IMG/VR virus record: IMGVR_UViG_3300037512_001384
Span: 6,442 to 70,441 of that record
DNA length: 64,000 nucleotides
Origin: a virus
Reading direction: 5' to 3' (one strand)
Position 1 is the stretch's first letter. Each line of letters begins with the position of its first letter. Below the pieces are notes generated by a model that ran no database searches, had not been told where the DNA came from, and saw only the letters and a list, made by a program, of their open reading frames with translations. A program made the position numbers and the translations under genes. Shown one piece after another: positions 44,516 to 52,702 of the stretch.

Positions 44516-45100
44516 TTAATCAACTTTGCAAACTCTTGTAAAACCAAATTTTGCCAACAGTTCAGGAGTTAAAAGACTTGCGTCTATTCCAAGACTTGCG
44601 GCCAGACTTGCGGACGCTCTTTGCAATTGCTTTTCATTTGCCTGCTTGCGTGCAGTCCGTGCAACTTCATCCCTGAATATATCGTAACTATTAAAACAAG
44701 TACGGAGGCCAGCGGCCGAAATTGTAGTTTTACGGTATGGAGTTAAACCGCTTTCCGTATTTCCTATTGTGTTTGTATCCGCTTCACTTTGAAAAGTGAT
44801 TGTAAAGTTGTTTGTTGCTTTCCTCACTTTTGCAAACACCCTCAAAAACAGATATTTTTCTGTTGCCATAAAAGGAGCGGAACGGAAAGAATCCGCAAAA
44901 CAAGCGGATAATTTATTAAGGTTTTCGGCCTCAATACTTGCGTTTTCGTTGTCAATACTTGCAAGTAGTTTGCTAATTGTGGTTTTACTTGCGTTTGCTT
45001 TTCTCAATTCCTTAACTGAAATACTTGTTACCAGTGTTTCAAGTTCAACGGTTGAAATACCTGAATAAAGGTAATCAACAAGATTTTTGTTTACTTGCAT
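44516..45100 (-). CDS. hypothetical protein (first gene of the leftward block)
   Basis: Cassette-defined start. Has its own terminator. Confidence 0.55.
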   Translation of the reverse strand: MQVNKNLVDYLYSGISTVELETLVTSISVKELRKANASKTTISKLLASIDNENASIEAENLNKLSACFADSFRSAPFMATEKYLFLRVFAKVRKATNNFTITFQSEADTNTIGNTESGLTPYRKTTISAAGLRTCFNSYDIFRDEVARTARKQANEKQLQRASASLAASLGIDASLLTPELLAKFGFTRVCKVD

Positions 45101-45763
45101 AGTTGTAATATTTAAGAGTTAATAAAATAGTGTCAAAGTGCGCATATCGGAAACACCTTTCCGACACTATAAAATTACAAAAATAATCCGATATAATGCC
45201 AATATTTGTATATTTAACTTATGTTTAATTGATTGATATATAGTAAGTTATAAAGAAAGATTATACAATATTGTAGTATATATACAGGTTATTATTGTAT
45301 ATATACATAGATAGTTAATTATATAATAACTTAAATATATAGATATTTAACGGAAAAATACTTACAAATTGATCCCAGAGTTTCGGCAATAGGTGCAAAC
45401 CGATGAACACACAACCAACACGGCAATAAAGCGGAAAAGTTGCAAGGAGCGACAAACCCCACAACGGACCGACAACGCGACCGCGAGCGGATACAATACA
45501 ATTATAATGTATTTGTTTTGCAGGAAAAACCGCGCGAATACCCCACCCAGAGAAGGCTACCCCCGACCCCCTAAATACGTTTGTATTGCGTGGGGGTCAG
45601 CCCCCGCCGAGATTTTCAATTTTTCATTTTTCGTTTTTACTTTTCGTATGCGGAACATGTTTCTGTGTATCTCAATCGGTGTTTCTGGTCTATATATATC
45701 AGTCCTGATGCCGTGTATCCTTGTCTGCGCGTTGATTATGGTCTGATACATGGGTATCTATGG

Positions 45764-45845
45764 AAAAAGGGTCAAAAAAGCCTGAAAAAGCCCCAAAATA
45801 CCCTGAAAATAGGGGTCAAAAAGAGGTGCTTTTCCTCAAAAAAGG
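45764..45845. repeat. helically phased A-tracts (predicted intrinsic bend)
   Basis: A-runs start at 45764, 45774, 45785, 45795, 45806, 45818 and 45838, spaced 10-12 bp. GGGTCAAAAAG occurs twice. Confidence 0.75.
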
Positions 45846-45865
45846 CTGTTTTTGGCGTATGAATG

Positions 45866-45982
45866 TACCAAAAATGGAATTTGATGTACCAAAATAGAGA
45901 TTACCAAAAAAAAACGTAAGTTATTGAAATATAGGGTAGATATTTGTCATGCAATGAACCAAATGAACCAAATGTACCAAAT
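45866..45982 (+). repeat. six (G/T)(T/A)ACCAAA(A/T) repeats upstream of the D5-like helicase gene
   Basis: gtaccaaaaa 45866, gtaccaaaat 45887, ttaccaaaaa 45901, gaaccaaat 45956, gaaccaaat 45965, gtaccaaat 45974. Confidence 0.8.
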
Positions 45983-46025
45983 TTCGATACCCAGGTATTG
46001 GTTTGTTTAGTTATTGTTTTTATAT

Positions 46026-47483
46026 ATGGGTAAAGGTACACAAAACAACAATTTCACGCTTATTGAAGACCTTAGTAAGCTGATTTACAACTCGCTGAAC
46101 AAAGCTCCGTTGAAGGAGTCCTATAAGCTGTATTCATCGGGTGACAGGGTATATGTCTATCAGGAGGTCATCCTTGATGCCTGCAGCAAGTGTTTCCGGT
46201 CTTACATGGGTGATGTATATTACTTCGACGGCAGGATATGGTGTCCTCTGGCTGATATTGTGCTTGAGACTGCGTTGAGCAAGGCGTTGGTGCAGGGAGG
46301 AGCGCGTAAGTCGGATATCGTGAATGCCAGGAGCAAGATTCTGTATTCGGCACGTGGCGGTGCGTCGATGTCACCGTTGGAGTTGCGTGCGTCGGTCATC
46401 GGATTCCGTAACGGCGTATGGGATTTCACTGACATAGACAACCCGGTCTATCACTCTTTTGCCGAGCGTATGCCTGTGGTGCGGATACTCCCTTACGACT
46501 ATGACCCTGATGCGGGCTGTCCGAAGTGGCAGGCGTTCCTGCAGTCCATCTTGCCGAAGGGTGAGATAATGAAGCTCCAGAAGTACCTCGGTCTCGGCTG
46601 TGCTGACCGTAAGAGCATGACGCATAAGATTGAAGAGACGCTGTGGCTCATCGGGTCGGGTGCCAACGGCAAGTCCACCATCTTCGACGTGGTACGCGGG
46701 GTGTACGGTGCGGATAACATCAGCTATGTGGGTCTCGATACGCTGCTTAGCGGCTCGTCGGACGTGCGTGCGCGGTTCATCGGGAGCATCGTGGGTAAGA
46801 TCTTCAACTACTGCTCGGAGATACAGGCGGATGACATATCACGTTACGCCGATACCTTCAAGTCCCTCTGTTCGGGTGAGCCGCAGACCGTGAGAAGGTT
46901 GGGTCAGAACCCCGAGACCACCTTCGACATACCGTTCCTTGTGTTCAACATGAACCAGAAGCCCACGAACCGGCGTATGGACCAGGCTCTCGTGCGCCGT
47001 CTGCTCTTCATACCTTTCAAGACCACCGTCTCTGCCGCCGACATGAACCGTGAGCTCTCGTCGGAGCTGCTGAAGGAGCTGCCGGGTATCCGCAACTGGA
47101 TGATAGAGGGCTATAAGATGCTCATACGTGACGGCTATCAGTTCAACACCACCAAAGCCGCCGATGATGAGATGACCGACTACATGCTGGAGAACGGTCA
47201 GACGGTGCAGGTGTTCCTACAGAAGAAGGGCTACTCATGTAACAGGCGCACGGGACACTGGGAGGACCGTATCCAGTGGGTTCCTGCGTCCGCTCTCTAT
47301 GAGGACTATGTGTCGTTCTGCGAGAAGTGGCTGCAGGATCCTGTCAAGCAGCGTGCTTTCGGCAGTGAGATGGCACGTCTCGGATGGCATGAGACGGGAG
47401 GGAACCGCAAACGTACCGGCACGGGTTACGCCTACGGCATCTTCTGCGAGAAGGATATCGATTACGCAAAAAATAACATCTGA
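46026..47483 (+). CDS. P4-alpha / poxvirus D5-type primase C-terminal domain with SF3 helicase
   Basis: YDPDAGCPKWQAFLQSIL..LQKYLG..WLIGSGANGKSTIFDV (Walker A). ORF trimmed to MGKGTQ. Confidence 0.8.
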   Translation: MGKGTQNNNFTLIEDLSKLIYNSLNKAPLKESYKLYSSGDRVYVYQEVILDACSKCFRSYMGDVYYFDGRIWCPLADIVLETALSKALVQGGARKSDIVNARSKILYSARGGASMSPLELRASVIGFRNGVWDFTDIDNPVYHSFAERMPVVRILPYDYDPDAGCPKWQAFLQSILPKGEIMKLQKYLGLGCADRKSMTHKIEETLWLIGSGANGKSTIFDVVRGVYGADNISYVGLDTLLSGSSDVRARFIGSIVGKIFNYCSEIQADDISRYADTFKSLCSGEPQTVRRLGQNPETTFDIPFLVFNMNQKPTNRRMDQALVRRLLFIPFKTTVSAADMNRELSSELLKELPGIRNWMIEGYKMLIRDGYQFNTTKAADDEMTDYMLENGQTVQVFLQKKGYSCNRRTGHWEDRIQWVPASALYEDYVSFCEKWLQDPVKQRAFGSEMARLGWHETGGNRKRTGTGYAYGIFCEKDIDYAKNNI

Positions 47484-47486
47484 GCT

Positions 47487-47768
47487 ATGGTGACGGGAAG
47501 AGACAGACAGCCGCTCTCGGAGGAGCAGGAGCGTGAGATAAGGAAGGAGCTGGAGATGATGGACGCCGACGAGCGTGCCATGCTCGCGGGTTACGGACTC
47601 CCGCAGATAAGACGTATCCGTGACATCTGCCATTCGGACATGCAGCCGGATGCGATGAGCGCGATACTGCGTATGGAGGGTTTCGTCAACATAGCCGATG
47701 ACATAGACCGCCGCCTGGAGGAATACAGGCAATACAGGGAGAAGCATAAAAACGACACTATTGTTTAA
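47487..47768 (+). CDS. hypothetical protein
   Basis: ORF-track ORF. Its stop lies inside the next leader motif. Confidence 0.45.
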   Translation: MVTGRDRQPLSEEQEREIRKELEMMDADERAMLAGYGLPQIRRIRDICHSDMQPDAMSAILRMEGFVNIADDIDRRLEEYRQYREKHKNDTIV

Positions 47769-47786
47769 CCAATACTATTATCTATG
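47757..47786 (+). promoter_or_regulatory. plus-strand copy of the leader motif (ATTGTTTAACCAATACTATTATCTATG)
   Basis: Same box and ATG spacing as the cassette family. Confidence 0.45.
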
Positions 47787-48608
47787 AAGAAGTTTCTTTT
47801 GTTTCTGGCAGTAGCTTTATTGACAAGCATTGCGATGACCTCCTGTCACGGTGTCCGTCCGGATGCCGACGAGGAGGCGGTGCTCATTCACAAGCCGTGG
47901 TTCTTCGGTCATGGCGGCGTGGCAGATAACCCTGTCGAGACCGGACTGCGCTGGTGCTGGTGGAGCACGTCGAGTGAGACGTTCAAGATCGTGCCGCAGA
48001 AGCAGCAGGTGGATATGGAGGACTTGGTATCCAACGACAACACACCGCTGGACTTCCATACGGTCATCATCACGCAGATCGTCAAGGGCAAGTCACCCGT
48101 CCTGCTGGTCAACTACGGCACGGACTGGTTCAACACCAACCTCTACAACTACTACTGTAACCGTGTGCGTGACTACATATCACAACACAGCCCCTTCGAC
48201 CTGATGTCCAATCGTGAGGTGTTAAATGAGATTGACACCAAGGTGCTCAGGGAGATGCGCGAGTACGTAGCCGAGCTGTCAGCCGAGAAGGAGTTCCCCG
48301 TGGAGATAAAACAGGTGGTCATCGGACGTGCCATTCCCAACGCGGAGCAGCTGGAGGAGATGAACCGCACCGCCAAGGCTGTTCAGGCGAAGCAGACACA
48401 GGAACGTGAGGTGGAGGTGCAGCTGGCACGTGAGAAAGCCGAGCGTCAGCGTGCCATCGCGGATAAAGCCTATCAGAATGAGATGGGACTGTCGGCACAG
48501 CAGTTCATACAGCTCAAGGCATGGGATATCATCGCGCAGAAGCAGGGTGCCAACATAGACGTCCTCTTCGATGCGGACGGAGCAAGCAAGATGTGGAACA
48601 TTAAATAA
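47784..48608 (+). CDS. SPFH/band-7 domain lipoprotein
   Basis: Signal peptide with lipobox (LTSIAMTSC). SPFH-like core and a Q/E/A/R coiled-coil tail. Confidence 0.6.
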   Translation: MKKFLLFLAVALLTSIAMTSCHGVRPDADEEAVLIHKPWFFGHGGVADNPVETGLRWCWWSTSSETFKIVPQKQQVDMEDLVSNDNTPLDFHTVIITQIVKGKSPVLLVNYGTDWFNTNLYNYYCNRVRDYISQHSPFDLMSNREVLNEIDTKVLREMREYVAELSAEKEFPVEIKQVVIGRAIPNAEQLEEMNRTAKAVQAKQTQEREVEVQLAREKAERQRAIADKAYQNEMGLSAQQFIQLKAWDIIAQKQGANIDVLFDADGASKMWNIK

Positions 48609-48616
48609 CTATCACT

Positions 48617-49348
48617 ATGGGTACAATCAGAGTAGGACAGAAAGACCCCAAGAAATTCGCAAACGAGGGTATCACACTGGTACGTCCCACCAAGGTGGAG
48701 GCAGGGACCTCCATGACAGAGGACGAGAAGAAGCGTTTCATCGACGCCGTGATGCAGATGCCGAAGGAGAAGCGTGTCGGTATGCTGCGTGAGAAGGGTC
48801 TCACGAAAGAGGCTGACGAGTATGAGCAGTTTCTCGCGGAGGATCACCTGCGTGAGATGCGCGAAGCCAACCGCAAGAAACGTCTTGAGGATATACGTAC
48901 ATTACCGGAGGATGAGCAGCTGCCGCTCCTGATAGCCGAGGGTTATGAGGATGAGGCGGAGGAGCTGTCCGCCAAACTCGCCGAGGAGAAAGCCGCCGAG
49001 AAAGCCGCGAAAGCGGCAGCAGAGGCTAAGGGCTCAGGCGAGGGTAAGGAAGATACTGATGCCGGCACCGGTGAAGGTGAGCAAGCCCCCGAACAGAACG
49101 GTGAGGGTGAGCAGGCATCAGGTGAAGCCAAGGAGGGTGAGGAAACCCAGGAGGAGGCACCTGCTGACGCTGCACCTGCTGAGAGCGAGGCTGCACCAGA
49201 GCCAGAGCCGGAACCCGAGCCCGAACCTGCACCTGCACCGGCGGAGGAGAAAGCCGCTGTGAATGAGAGTAAGAGCAAGAAGAACGTCGCCAAGGCACCA
49301 TCCAAGGCCAAGGCTCCGTCAAAAGCAAATAACCCTTCAAAGAAGTGA
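48617..49348 (+). CDS. low-complexity acidic protein with (EP)n repeat and a basic tail
   Basis: ORF-track ORF. Contains EPEPEPEPEPAPAP and a KAPSKAKAPSKA tail. Confidence 0.45.
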   Translation: MGTIRVGQKDPKKFANEGITLVRPTKVEAGTSMTEDEKKRFIDAVMQMPKEKRVGMLREKGLTKEADEYEQFLAEDHLREMREANRKKRLEDIRTLPEDEQLPLLIAEGYEDEAEELSAKLAEEKAAEKAAKAAAEAKGSGEGKEDTDAGTGEGEQAPEQNGEGEQASGEAKEGEETQEEAPADAAPAESEAAPEPEPEPEPEPAPAPAEEKAAVNESKSKKNVAKAPSKAKAPSKANNPSKK

Positions 49349-49351
49349 GTT

Positions 49352-49825
49352 ATGGATGAAGAGAAAAGACAAAAGATAGAGTCGTTCGTCAGTGGTCTGA
49401 CGGAGGCTGAGGCACGGGAGCAGCTGAAACTGGCTTACGAGCAGATGGAGTTATGCAATGAACTCCTGCACGGTCATAAGGCAGAACCTGTAGAGATGAA
49501 GGACAACGGTCTGTCATCTGACCTGGAGTTGTTCTACAGCTGTAAGAAGATACGTATCGAGCTCAACGGCTATACCGGCGAGAAATTCGGCGAGGGACAG
49601 AACTATCCCGTCTTCGAGGTCGGCGAGGAGGTCTTCTACATGCGTGACAACAGGATTCGCATGTCTGCGGTCAAGGAGGTGGACGCCAGTGACATAGAGA
49701 ACGTCATGTACACCCTGGAAACAGGTGAGGTCATGGCGGAGGATGACCTCTATGACGGCATCGACGAGCTGACGGAAAGCCTCGTGTTTAATCTCTATGA
49801 GGATCTGAGACAGGAGGGTGACTGA
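49352..49825 (+). CDS. hypothetical protein
   Basis: ORF-track ORF. Confidence 0.45.
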   Translation: MDEEKRQKIESFVSGLTEAEAREQLKLAYEQMELCNELLHGHKAEPVEMKDNGLSSDLELFYSCKKIRIELNGYTGEKFGEGQNYPVFEVGEEVFYMRDNRIRMSAVKEVDASDIENVMYTLETGEVMAEDDLYDGIDELTESLVFNLYEDLRQEGD

Positions 49826-49826
49826 T

Positions 49827-51404
49827 ATGCATGTAGGCAAGAGAAGAGGTTACAGGGCACCGCTGCGGGTTTCGACCGGCGGCGGTATCGCCCTTTGTGT
49901 CATCGGACGTATGGAGAACCGCTATGCTGTGGAGTTCGTGGAGCATTACCTCTCTCTGGGATTCGACAAGATATACGTCTGTGACAACAACAGGGACGGC
50001 GAGGAGCGGTTCGAGGATGTGTTGCAGCCTTATATCGACGAGCACCGTGTGACGATAGTGGATTACCGTAACCGCAGTGCGGCGCAGTGTCCCGCCTATG
50101 CAGAGGTCTATGAGCAGCACCGTAACGAATACCGGTGGATGGCGTTCTTCGACTTCGACGAGTTCCTGGAGCTGGAGGTCTGTGATGACATACATGAGCT
50201 CATGGATAACTACTCGGGGTTCGACTGTGTGTTTTTCAACTGGAAGAACTACGGTGACAACGGTCAGGTGCGTGATGACGGTCGTGACCTGCAGGAGCGT
50301 TTCACCGAGCCCTTACCCGATAACCTGTGCGTGCAGTATGATGACATACCCGAGAACTGGCATGTCAAGAGCATCGTCCGTGGCGGCATCAGGGATCTGG
50401 CGTTCCATTCCAACCCTCATATACCGTCCAAGTTCATGCGTTGCTGTAACACGTCGGCTCAGGAATGTGAGCAGAAACCCTTCCAAAAACCCGACTTCTC
50501 GGTGGCTTACCTAAAGCATTACATCACCAAGACCGTTGAGGAATGGGCTTCCGTCAAATGCAGGCGTGGCGGTGGCACGCACCGTAACCTTGAGCAGTTC
50601 CGCTCCCTTTATACCGGGCGATTCTTCAAGTATAACGAGTGGACACAGGAGAAGGAGGACATCTTCCGCCGTATAAGCGGTATGCCGCCGTTCAAGGCAG
50701 CTAAGAACCGTAACGTCGTTATCGTCAACTACAACACGCAGAAGCTCACGGATGCGACGATAATGTCTCTCAACAGGCATACTCCGGGATGTAAGGTGTA
50801 TGTGTTCGACAACAGCAACAAAGAGCCGTTCGTCAACACCTTCGGTAACGTCGAGGTGATTGACAACACCAAGTGTCAGCATATAGACTTCGAGAAGATG
50901 CTGCAGGAGTATCCGGACCGTGTGGTTGAGACGTGGGTCGGCAGTAACTACGGTTCTGCGAAGCACTGCAGGACGGTGGACATTTGTCTTGACCTCTTCC
51001 CCGAGGGATTTCTTCTCATGGACAGTGACGTCCTGGTGAAGAAGGACATAACGCCGTTCTTCGACGCCTCATGTGTCTGGACGGGTCTGGTGGGTAATCA
51101 TACGAGCCGCTGGGGTATCACCGTGCCGCGTGTGCTGCCTTACATCTGCTACCTCAACGTGCCGATGATACGTAAGAACGGCATACGTTACTTCAACGGT
51201 GACAAGATGTACGCCCTCACCGACCGTGAACCGAATAAAGCCTATGATACCGGTGCCTGGTTCTATGAGGACTGCAACAACCACGGTCTGCCGGTCCACG
51301 ACCTGCAGATCAACGACTATATCCTGCACTTCGACCACGGGAGCTGGCTTGACAAGAGCCCCGACGAGTGGCTGGATGAACATTCTGATTTATGGAAAGA
51401 CTAA
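49827..51404 (+). CDS. two-domain glycosyltransferase (GT92/DUF23-like N-domain + GT2-like C-domain)
   Basis: N-domain: ENRYAVEFVEHYLSLGFDKIYVCDNN..MAFFDFDEFL. C-domain: VVIVNYNT..VYVFDNS..LLMDSDVLV. First ATG used (the track start is GTG). Confidence 0.6.
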   Translation: MHVGKRRGYRAPLRVSTGGGIALCVIGRMENRYAVEFVEHYLSLGFDKIYVCDNNRDGEERFEDVLQPYIDEHRVTIVDYRNRSAAQCPAYAEVYEQHRNEYRWMAFFDFDEFLELEVCDDIHELMDNYSGFDCVFFNWKNYGDNGQVRDDGRDLQERFTEPLPDNLCVQYDDIPENWHVKSIVRGGIRDLAFHSNPHIPSKFMRCCNTSAQECEQKPFQKPDFSVAYLKHYITKTVEEWASVKCRRGGGTHRNLEQFRSLYTGRFFKYNEWTQEKEDIFRRISGMPPFKAAKNRNVVIVNYNTQKLTDATIMSLNRHTPGCKVYVFDNSNKEPFVNTFGNVEVIDNTKCQHIDFEKMLQEYPDRVVETWVGSNYGSAKHCRTVDICLDLFPEGFLLMDSDVLVKKDITPFFDASCVWTGLVGNHTSRWGITVPRVLPYICYLNVPMIRKNGIRYFNGDKMYALTDREPNKAYDTGAWFYEDCNNHGLPVHDLQINDYILHFDHGSWLDKSPDEWLDEHSDLWKD

Positions 51405-51416
51405 TAACAATGTGAT

Positions 51417-52034
51417 ATGGAGAAAGAAGAGTTGACAATTAAGATACCGTTCGGCAAGGCCGCACGTATCGGTAACTTCAAGATATGGCGTTCACGTGTG
51501 GAGCAGCAGTTCATGCCTCAGCTCTCCGACGAGCAGAAGGAGATGATAAAGGAAGGCAAGGCGCGACCCAAGAAGCTGAAAGGGGACATCGAGGCTATCA
51601 ATATCAGTAACCTTGACGGCACATGGATGGTACGCATACCGCAGACCTATGAGATGTTCGGCATGATCACCTGCTGCTATCAGTGGAGTCAGAGCCACAA
51701 CCCCGAGGACCGTGAGCGTGGTGTGAGTTTTCTCTCCACCGCTTTGTCGAACATGATATTCTGCTCGACGATTTGCAACGGATTCTACCACCAGGCTCTT
51801 AAGATGATAGCCACCGCCTACGCCCATCCGTCACTGCTGTCCGACAAGAAGCAGCGTAAGGATTTCGATAAGGAAGCCAAAGACCTCATCAAACGGTTCC
51901 TTGACTGGCGTGTGGAGTATGAGCGTCATCTCAAGGAGAAGGAGCTCAGCGATAAGGAACTGGAGCGTGACGCCAAGGCCGATGCCATGCGTGAGGAGCT
52001 GGCAAAAGCCGAGGAGGGTGAGAAAAGCGAGTGA
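51417..52034 (+). CDS. hypothetical protein
   Basis: ORF-track ORF. Confidence 0.45.
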   Translation: MEKEELTIKIPFGKAARIGNFKIWRSRVEQQFMPQLSDEQKEMIKEGKARPKKLKGDIEAINISNLDGTWMVRIPQTYEMFGMITCCYQWSQSHNPEDRERGVSFLSTALSNMIFCSTICNGFYHQALKMIATAYAHPSLLSDKKQRKDFDKEAKDLIKRFLDWRVEYERHLKEKELSDKELERDAKADAMREELAKAEEGEKSE

Positions 52035-52624
52035 TAGCTATGGAACTCTCGAAGACCAAGCAGAACGAAGCGAATAAATTGGGTGTGCCATTGCAGTATC
52101 TCATCATGGCGGATCTGATGGCTCTGGGTTATACCGAGGATGACGCGCATACCCTCGCCTATCCGGAGAACGCCTTGCTGTCCGAACAGAAGAAGAAGAC
52201 GGTCATCACCGGTATCATCGAGACCGCCAAGTTCCGCAAGCTGCTTGACACCCGCCGCGCACGTATCAAGGACGGTACGGCCGCTCCCATACTGCTTGAC
52301 GAGGTGGAGCTGGCAGACACAGAGGAGGTGCTGAAGGAGGTGCTGCGCTCAGCCAAGCAGCAGCCGGTCGGCTCCAAGGAACGCGCAGACCTGTTCGCAC
52401 GCTATCACGAGATAAAGACCAAGAACGAGCAGGGGTCGGAGGACGAGACCGATTACATCAACTTCGTCCTTCCCCTCAAATGCAACCAGTGTCCGCTCCT
52501 GTCGGCTTATAACGACTTCTTGAAACAGGAGGGTAAGAAAGAGCTCAGACCGGATGAGATGATGCATGTGATGCGTAACGCACATGTCGTTGTCGATGCG
52601 GCACGTAAGGCACATACGCTGTAA
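52031..52624 (+). CDS. hypothetical protein (possible small terminase-like HTH; weak)
   Basis: ALGYTEDDAHTLAYPE.. is reminiscent of TerS N-termini. Position is not adjacent to TerL. Confidence 0.3.
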   Translation: MIAMELSKTKQNEANKLGVPLQYLIMADLMALGYTEDDAHTLAYPENALLSEQKKKTVITGIIETAKFRKLLDTRRARIKDGTAAPILLDEVELADTEEVLKEVLRSAKQQPVGSKERADLFARYHEIKTKNEQGSEDETDYINFVLPLKCNQCPLLSAYNDFLKQEGKKELRPDEMMHVMRNAHVVVDAARKAHTL

Positions 52625-52644
52625 CCGACGGCTCATAAGAAGGC

Positions 52645-52685
52645 GAAAGGCGATCTCTTCACAGAGACCGCCTTTCTGATTTTTA
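52645..52685 (+). terminator. rho-independent terminator between convergent genes
   Basis: GAAAGGCGaTCTCT tcac AGAGAcCGCCTTTC followed by tgaTTTTT. Confidence 0.75.
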
Positions 52686-52702
52686 ATTTCATTACTATGA
52701 TG

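Larger units (their letters stand above)
27511..45170 (-). repeat. dispersed family (about 30 copies) of a regulatory cassette: variable 7-13-bp-stem hairpin, short spacer, TGTTTAACTCTTAAA-type box, ATG about 15 nt later
   Basis: Minus-strand consensus (A/T)TGTTTAACTC(T)TAAAnnnTAC(A/G)A(C/T)TATG, read directly upstream of about 32 start codons listed in the findings. Confidence 0.8.

Noticed and set aside
27511-45170. Whether the repeated hairpin and motif units form a CRISPR-like array
   Set aside because: The conserved part is a leader box, not a repeat-spacer unit. Spacing equals gene lengths (100-1000 bp). The hairpins differ in sequence and no cas genes are present.
45393-45862. ORFs 45393-45746 and 45581-45862 in the divergent control region
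   Set aside because: Non-ATG or weak starts and low-complexity translations. They coincide with phased A- and T-tracts and repeats. Treated as regulatory DNA.
48945-49340. Multiple overlapping ORFs in all frames and the GAGCC(N) nucleotide repeat at 49195-49230
   Set aside because: This is a consequence of the low-complexity E/P/A-rich coding sequence of gene 48617-49348. It is not an independent DNA-level element.
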